Shown here piece by piece: positions 21,343-24,000 of a stretch of 24,000 nt of DNA. The DNA is from an uncultured Candidatus Saccharibacteria bacterium (lineage in GTDB: Bacteria > Patescibacteriota > Minisyncoccia > Phycocordibacterales > UBA2100). Where the stretch lies: the NCBI GenBank assembly GCA_964363895.1, contig CAYIJV010000001.1:20607-44606 (forward strand), written 5' to 3'. A program made the position numbers and the translations under genes. The notes beneath the pieces are model-generated. The model was not told where the DNA came from. It ran no database searches and saw only the letters and a program-made list of their open reading frames with translations. How positions within the stretch are numbered: the first letter of the stretch is position 1; each line of letters begins with the position of its first letter.

Positions 21343-21582
21343 ATGAAAAATATGCACATGGTAAGCTGGATTCTCATCGTCGTCGGCGCTCTTAACTGGG
21401 GTCTCGTCGGTCTTGGAGGATTCCTGGGCGGTAATTGGAATGTCGTCAATTTGATTCTTGGGTCATGGCCAGCGGTTGAGGGGCTTGTCTATGTTCTTGT
21501 CGGTCTCTCGGCGGTCTACGAAGTGGTGAATCACAAGAAGGGTTGCAAGGAGTGCGGTTCTGATTCTGGTACTGCGATGTAG
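21343..21582 (+). CDS. DUF378-family small membrane protein
   Basis: MKNMHMVSWILIVVGALNWGLVGLGGF...NLV is the typical DUF378 two-TM signature. The start was moved to the ATG at 21343. Confidence 0.75.
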   Translation: MKNMHMVSWILIVVGALNWGLVGLGGFLGGNWNVVNLILGSWPAVEGLVYVLVGLSAVYEVVNHKKGCKECGSDSGTAM

Positions 21583-21604
21583 TTGTTTCCGTTTGATATA
21601 AGGG

Positions 21605-21640
21605 GGGCCGCCGCGTCAGACACGGCGGCCCGTTTGCGTT
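21605..21640 (+). terminator. Rho-independent terminator after the DUF378 gene
   Basis: GGGCCGCCG (21605-21613) pairs with CGGCGGCCC (21623-21631) and is followed by GTTTGCGTT. Confidence 0.6.
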
Positions 21641-21663
21641 AGACAATAGGGGATATGGCGCTA

Positions 21664-21743
21664 TTTACGGGGGTAGGGTAGAGGTACACCCCGTAAGATA
21701 GCGAGCTTGCGAGCTCTATCTCACGGGGTATACTTACGGGCAT
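21664..21743 (+). promoter_or_regulatory. Array of four CTNACGGGG-type motifs with alternative hairpins upstream of the SWIB gene
   Basis: Motifs are tttacggggg (21664-21673), caccccgtaag (inverted, 21687-21697), ctcacggggt (21720-21729) and cttacgggc (21733-21741). Hairpin 21665-21672/21689-21696 competes with the long hairpin 21688-21701/21716-21729. Confidence 0.45.
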
Positions 21744-21761
21744 ATTAGTAATCAATTATTT

Positions 21762-22019
21762 ATGGTTAGAAAAGCAAATCCAGCCCTATTAAAACCGATG
21801 AATCTATCTGCCGACCTTGAGGCTGTTGTAGGGAAGGGGCCTATGTCACGCGGCCAAGTCGTCAAACAGATCTGGGTGTATATCAAGAAACATAACCTTC
21901 AGAACCCGCAAAATAAGCGAAATATCTTGGCAGACGACAAGTTGAAGGTGATTTTTGGGGGGAAAGGCGAGGTTACGATGTTCGAGATGACGAAGCTCGT
22001 CTCGGGCCACCTGAAATAA
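21762..22019 (+). CDS. SWIB/MDM2 domain protein
   Basis: LSADLEAVVG...MSRGQVVKQIWVYIKKHNLQNPQNKRNILADDKLKVIFG...MFEMTKLVSGHL matches the SWIB domain consensus along its whole length. Confidence 0.8.
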   Translation: MVRKANPALLKPMNLSADLEAVVGKGPMSRGQVVKQIWVYIKKHNLQNPQNKRNILADDKLKVIFGGKGEVTMFEMTKLVSGHLK

Positions 22020-22044
22020 ATCAGAAGAACTTCAGAACGACACA

Positions 22045-22121
22045 AGAGAGGCCGCACATAGTGCGACCGAGCGGCGAGCGAGGAAGTACTGAGGCCAGCA
22101 GGCCGAATGTGCGGCCTCTCT
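22045..22121. terminator. 15-bp perfect inverted repeat with a 47-nt spacer between convergent genes (probable composite bidirectional terminator)
   Basis: AGAGAGGCCGCACAT (22045-22059) and ATGTGCGGCCTCTCT (22107-22121). An inner hairpin GGCCGCAC-ata-GTGCGACC lies at 22050-22068. Confidence 0.45.
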
Positions 22122-22125
22122 CATT

Positions 22126-22812
22126 TCACTTTCCCATGCGCCGCTCCCGTGCGGCATACTCAAGGAGGACTGATTCAAGGTCAGCTTTGGTGAATGCGGG
22201 CCAGTATGTTTTCAAGAAGAATAATTCACTATACGCGCCTTGCCACAGAAGGAAATTGGAGAGCCGCTGTTCAGCACCCGTCCGAATGATGAGATCTGGA
22301 TCGGGCATACCTCTAGTCCACAAGTGCTTCGAGAGCGATTCTTCCGTCAGAGCTTCGTTGGATTTCACAGCGGCTTGTGCGGCATGCACGATTTCCGCTC
22401 TGCCGCCGTATGAAACACATATCCACACCGTAAATGCGGGATCACTGGGGTTTTTTTCTTCGACCTTACGCATCGCGTCCTGAAGTGTCTCTGAGAAGCG
22501 TTCTCTCTGACCGACAAAGCGCACCGCAATTCCTTCTTTCGAGAATTTCGCCAAACGTTCTCGTGCTAGAGACTCAAAAATCTTCATGAGATAAGAGACT
22601 TCCTCCTTCGATCGATTCCAATTCTCTGTCGAAAAGGCGTACATAACCATGTGTCGAATACCCATGTCGCGGGCCGCACGGACTATCGGTTCTGTGTTAT
22701 CCATTCCTCTTTGATGACCTTCAAATGATGGAAGTCCTCTCTCCTTTGCCCATCTGCGATTGCCGTCAAGTATGATACCGATGCATGCAGGAACGTTTCG
22801 CGTGTCGTTCAT
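22126..22812 (-). CDS. uppS: Undecaprenyl-diphosphate synthase (cis-isoprenyl transferase)
   Basis: GIILDGNRRWAKERGL, YAFSTENWNRSKEEV, IRTGAEQRLSNFLLWQGAYSELFF. Confidence 0.92.
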   Translation of the reverse strand: MNDTRNVPACIGIILDGNRRWAKERGLPSFEGHQRGMDNTEPIVRAARDMGIRHMVMYAFSTENWNRSKEEVSYLMKIFESLARERLAKFSKEGIAVRFVGQRERFSETLQDAMRKVEEKNPSDPAFTVWICVSYGGRAEIVHAAQAAVKSNEALTEESLSKHLWTRGMPDPDLIIRTGAEQRLSNFLLWQGAYSELFFLKTYWPAFTKADLESVLLEYAARERRMGK

Positions 22813-22821
22813 AATTCAAAG

Positions 22822-23094
22822 TTAGTAGACAATGTTGAAATCGTCAAATTTCTTTTCCGGAGTACGCCACTCTCTTTCGACCAAATCTACGCGCGATAAA
22901 AGCGATCCATGATGTAGTGATTCAAGCAATTTCTCGACAGCGCTCTTTTCTCCTTGCGCGACAACCTCTACCGTTCCGTCGGAGCGATTCTGAACAAATC
23001 CCTTAATGCCAAGTTTGCGCGCCGTGCGCTGTGCGAAGTCTCGAAACATAACCAGCTGTACGCGTCCATGTACAATTGCGCGAAGTTCGATCAT
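22822..23094 (-). CDS. acyP: Acylphosphatase
   Basis: IVHGRVQLVMFRDFAQRTARKLGIKGFVQNRSDGTVEVVAQG is the acylphosphatase signature. I chose the start at MIELRAIV (ATG at 23092-23094). The listed longer ORF runs into the idi start region. Confidence 0.8.
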   Translation of the reverse strand: MIELRAIVHGRVQLVMFRDFAQRTARKLGIKGFVQNRSDGTVEVVAQGEKSAVEKLLESLHHGSLLSRVDLVEREWRTPEKKFDDFNIVY

Positions 23095-23140
23095 CGTGCG
23101 ATAGTAGCATGATGTCGGGCACCTATAATATATAAAAAAC

Positions 23141-23710
23141 ATGATCGCCCTATCTGCGGAAGAAGTGGTGCTAGTGGATGAGGATAACCGCGTACTCGGC
23201 ACAATGCCGAAGTCTTTGGTGCACACGGGAACAACGCCGCTCCATCGTGGTTTCTCTCTTTTCCTTTTTGACCGCAAAGGTCGCCTCTTATTACAGCAGA
23301 GAAGTCATACGAAAAAAACCTGGCCGCTGGTCTGGTCTAATAGTATTTGCGGCCATCCCGCGCTCCATGAATCGAATATCGATGCCGCAAAGCGCCGACT
23401 CGGTCTTGAGCTTGGAATGAGCGCAACGCATATTGAAGAGGTTGCGCCGTATCGGTATACGTTTGTGCGCCAAGGCGTGATGGAAAATGAAATTTGTCCG
23501 ATACTCGTCGGATTTACAGATGAGGAACCGAAGCAAAATCCGGAAGAAGTCGAAGCAACGCGATGGATTGAATGGTCCGAATTTTTGCAAGAAATCGAGA
23601 CGCGGTCGGGTTTTTATTCAGAATGGTGCGAAGAAGAGGTGCGCATTCTAGAGAGCCATCCCGGTTTTAAGAAAATGTTCGCCGATCGTGAGAAGTATTT
23701 CGAAGCTTAA
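23141..23710 (+). CDS. idi: Isopentenyl-diphosphate delta-isomerase, type 1 (Nudix)
   Basis: LVDEDNRVLG, LHRGFSLFLFD, LLLQQRSHTKKTWPLVWSNSICGHP and the ENEICPILVG pattern of IDI-1. TATAAT at 23124-23129 upstream. Confidence 0.85.
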   Translation: MIALSAEEVVLVDEDNRVLGTMPKSLVHTGTTPLHRGFSLFLFDRKGRLLLQQRSHTKKTWPLVWSNSICGHPALHESNIDAAKRRLGLELGMSATHIEEVAPYRYTFVRQGVMENEICPILVGFTDEEPKQNPEEVEATRWIEWSEFLQEIETRSGFYSEWCEEEVRILESHPGFKKMFADREKYFEA

Positions 23711-23733
23711 CAACATACAAAAAAGATGTAGTT

Positions 23734-23761
23734 GGGGGCCGCACTGTGCAGTGCGGCCCCC
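23734..23761. terminator. Bidirectional terminator hairpin between idi and the convergent ORF
   Basis: GGGGGCCGCACT (23734-23745), loop GTGC, AGTGCGGCCCCC (23750-23761). A/T-run ACAAAAAAGATG lies on the left flank. The last base pairs overlap the minus-strand stop codon. Confidence 0.55.
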
Positions 23762-24000
23762 TAAGTGGCGGGAACAGCTTGCGCCGACTCCGCGAAGTAC
23801 TCGTTTGCAGGAGTGTGGTCGGTTACCCGCCTCCTTTCACTGAAAAAGACCCAAAGGTTCTCGAGCCTACTTTCCGGCACGTAGGTTTCCCAGGTTTTTC
23901 CGAAAGGCATGTGGGTAACAATGACGTCTCCCTCAAGCAATTCGCAGGTTTCGGCTCGTACTGCAGGATCCATAAGAGCACCTGGGCGGAATTCGGACAT
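23761..24000 (-). CDS. Hypothetical protein (ATG abuts the window end; may be 5'-partial)
   Basis: Only an open frame with flank-typical composition. No family recognised. Confidence 0.3.
   Translation of the reverse strand: MSEFRPGALMDPAVRAETCELLEGDVIVTHMPFGKTWETYVPESRLENLWVFFSERRRVTDHTPANEYFAESAQAVPAT

Noticed and set aside
21664-21743. The repeated ACGGGG motifs as a CRISPR array.
   Set aside because: The repeats are only about 10 nt, mixed in orientation and irregularly spaced. No cas genes are present.
1-24000. Alternative genetic code (UGA recoding, as in some CPR lineages).
   Set aside because: TGA terminates well-conserved genes at the expected length (cupin PGI at 411-413, purE at 12032-12034, the zeta-like kinase, uppS). 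No in-frame TGA interrupts conserved ORFs.

Overview
Compact, gene-dense bacterial chromosome segment. It uses the standard genetic code: TGA, TAA and TAG all act as stops. Many genes overlap by 1-17 nt, Shine-Dalgarno motifs are few, and several ATGs sit only 5-11 nt behind TATAAT-like boxes. The style fits a small-genome, possibly uncultivated (CPR-like) bacterium, but that placement is a low-confidence inference.

Gene content, left to right:
- Cupin-type PGI (5' end cut by the window) and an ROK-like sugar kinase.
- A divergent thymidylate-cycle supercluster. Minus strand: dCMP deaminase, tmk, glyA, dedA. Plus strand: ThyA-family gene, Dcd/Dut-family gene, folA.
- A stand-alone cyanophycin-synthetase-like ATP-grasp ligase.
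- A purine operon: purL (with a fused tandem PurS-like N-terminus), orf105, purQ, purE, purM, purC, purB, orf78.
- A minus-strand operon: IMP-cyclohydrolase domain, PMM-like HAD, ABC ATPase, ABC-2 permease.
- A lower-GC accessory stretch at about 18.6-21.15 kb, with hand-counted 60-nt samples at 33-40% GC versus about 50% in the flanks. It holds two membrane proteins, a zeta-toxin-like P-loop kinase with a translationally coupled 62-aa ORF, and a TagD-like cytidylyltransferase.
- DUF378, a SWIB-domain protein, uppS, acyP, idi, and an unassigned (hypothetical) ORF abutting the window end that may be 5'-partial.

No rRNA, tRNA, CRISPR, transposase or integrase was seen.

Most notable observations:
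1. The only ThyA-family gene has Asp at the uracil-specifying Asn177 position, and its Dcd-like neighbour lacks the deaminase Glu. This suggests non-canonical deoxypyrimidine chemistry.
2. GC-rich hairpin sequences sit in frame inside purL, purQ, purB and other conserved genes. One 20-nt core is shared by purL and purB.
3. A duplicated 65-75 nt element lies directly upstream of the zeta-like kinase and cytidylyltransferase genes.
4. An array of CTNACGGGG motifs with mutually exclusive hairpins lies upstream of the SWIB gene.
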